From positions 15,134 to 79,133 of the forward strand of contig CAZIFU010000287.1 in the NCBI GenBank assembly GCA_964539075.1: 64,000 bases of DNA, read 5' to 3'. Source of the DNA: an uncultured Verrucomicrobiota bacterium. Its GTDB lineage: Bacteria; Verrucomicrobiota; Verrucomicrobiia; Limisphaerales; CAZIFU01. This document shows, in pieces, positions 62,929-64,000 of this stretch (position 1 is the first letter of the stretch; each line of letters starts with the position of its first letter). The notes under the pieces were generated by a model that was given only the letters and a program-made list of their open reading frames with translations, had not been told where the DNA came from and did no database searches. The translations under genes and the position numbers were made by a program.

Positions 62929-64000
62929 ATGAAGTTGCTCGTCTTCGCTCACACCCCGCCGCCGCATCACGGCCAGAGCTACATGGTGCAACTCATGTTG
63001 GCCGGCTTCGGCGGGGACCGGTGCAAGCGCGCGCCGCAAACTCACACCGCCGCGCCTGAGCACGCGGCCCGCTACGGGATTGCCTGCTATCATGTCAACG
63101 CCCGCTTGTCCCGAAAGCTGGAGGACATCGGGAGCGTCCGACCGGCCAAGCTGGTGTTGCTCCTGGGTTATTGTCTGCAAGCCCTCTGGTGCCGCGTCCG
63201 CTTCGGTGTCACCAATTTTTACTACGTGCCCGCCCCCGGTCAACGCTCAGCGCTGTTGCGCGATTGGGTGGTCATGCTGCTGTGCCGGCCGTTTTTCAAG
63301 CGAATCATTTTGCACTGGCACGCCGCCGGTTTGTCCACCTGGCTGGACACCGCTGTGCCCGCCTCCTCCCGCTGGCTCACTTACCGGCTGCTCAAACACG
63401 TTGATCTGAGCATCGTCCTCTCGGCCTTCAACCGGGCGGATGCCGAAAAATTCCTGCCCCGCCAGATCCAGGTCGTCAGCAATGGCATTCCCGATCCCTG
63501 TCCGGACTTTGAACGGGAGATTCTGCCGCGGCGCAACGCGCGATTCGCCGCCCGCGGCAAGATTCTGGCCGGCGGGAGGCTGACGGACGCGGAGCTGGAA
63601 AACACCGGCGGGGATCCGCAAATCTTCCGCATCCTGTTTCTGGCCCACTGCACCCGGGAGAAAGGACTCTTCGATACAGCCCAGGCCGTCCTCAGCGCCA
63701 ATCGCCAACTGGCCGCCAGCGGCAGCCCGATCTCGCTGCATTTGCAGGTGGCGGGCAACTTCGTGACGGCAGAGGAAAAAGCCGGGTTCGATCTTCTGCT
63801 CGCGGACCCGCAAACCCGCCGCTTCATTGCTTACACGGGCTTTATCTCGGGCGAGGAGAAGCACGCCGTTCTCAAAACGGCCGACTTGTTCTGTTTTCCA
63901 ACCTGTTATCGGAATGAAAATCAGCCGGTGAACCTGATCGAGGCGATGGCCTACGGATTGCCGATCCTGACCACCCGCTGGCGTTCCCTGCCCGAACTGC
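62929..64000 (+). CDS. Glycosyltransferase family 4 (3' end outside window)
   Basis: Not in the ORF track; MKLLVFAHTPPPHHGQS..., LHWH, FPTCYRNENQPVNLIEAMAYGLP (E-x7-E). Confidence 0.88.
   Translation, partial: MKLLVFAHTPPPHHGQSYMVQLMLAGFGGDRCKRAPQTHTAAPEHAARYGIACYHVNARLSRKLEDIGSVRPAKLVLLLGYCLQALWCRVRFGVTNFYYVPAPGQRSALLRDWVVMLLCRPFFKRIILHWHAAGLSTWLDTAVPASSRWLTYRLLKHVDLSIVLSAFNRADAEKFLPRQIQVVSNGIPDPCPDFEREILPRRNARFAARGKILAGGRLTDAELENTGGDPQIFRILFLAHCTREKGLFDTAQAVLSANRQLAASGSPISLHLQVAGNFVTAEEKAGFDLLLADPQTRRFIAYTGFISGEEKHAVLKTADLFCFPTCYRNENQPVNLIEAMAYGLPILTTRWRSLPEL

Noticed and set aside
1-64000. tRNA, rRNA, prophage or integrase genes
   Set aside because: None recognised; the only recombination enzyme found is the RAYT.

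Overview
GC-rich bacterial chromosome segment. Gene content (PVC-type heme-binding dehydrogenase module, many Tat-exported proteins, TMEM14) suggests a Verrucomicrobiota/PVC organism; this is inference, with no search run. Core genes include ahcY (5' partial), ptrB, hrpB, ispH, two ABC/HlyD export operons, apbE, dciA, a U32 hydroxylase, dus, an MnmC-like methyltransferase, uvrB and a partial GT4. No rRNA, tRNA or CRISPR array was seen. Two patterns stand out. (1) Four sub-kilobase toxin-antitoxin(-like) cassettes (small protein + ART-like, FicA-like + Fic, MNT + HEPN, RelE-like + XRE) each sit at the very end of a host gene (ahcY 3', ABC ATPase 5', hlyD 3', uvrB 5'). Each is co-oriented with that gene, has its own sigma70-like promoter, and is bracketed by a diverged second copy of the host gene terminus. 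No integrase is present. The hrpB 3' end carries a similar duplication without cargo. (2) A dense set of short repeats: a RAYT transposase with 10 GTAG REPs, other REP-like hairpin families, heptamer-tandem hairpins, MITE-like shells and nested combinations. Many of these repeats sit in frame inside intact housekeeping ORFs (six in the U32 gene, four in hrpB, a ~60-aa block in UvrB, one in Vsr). Repeat boundaries were read by eye and may be off by a few bases.
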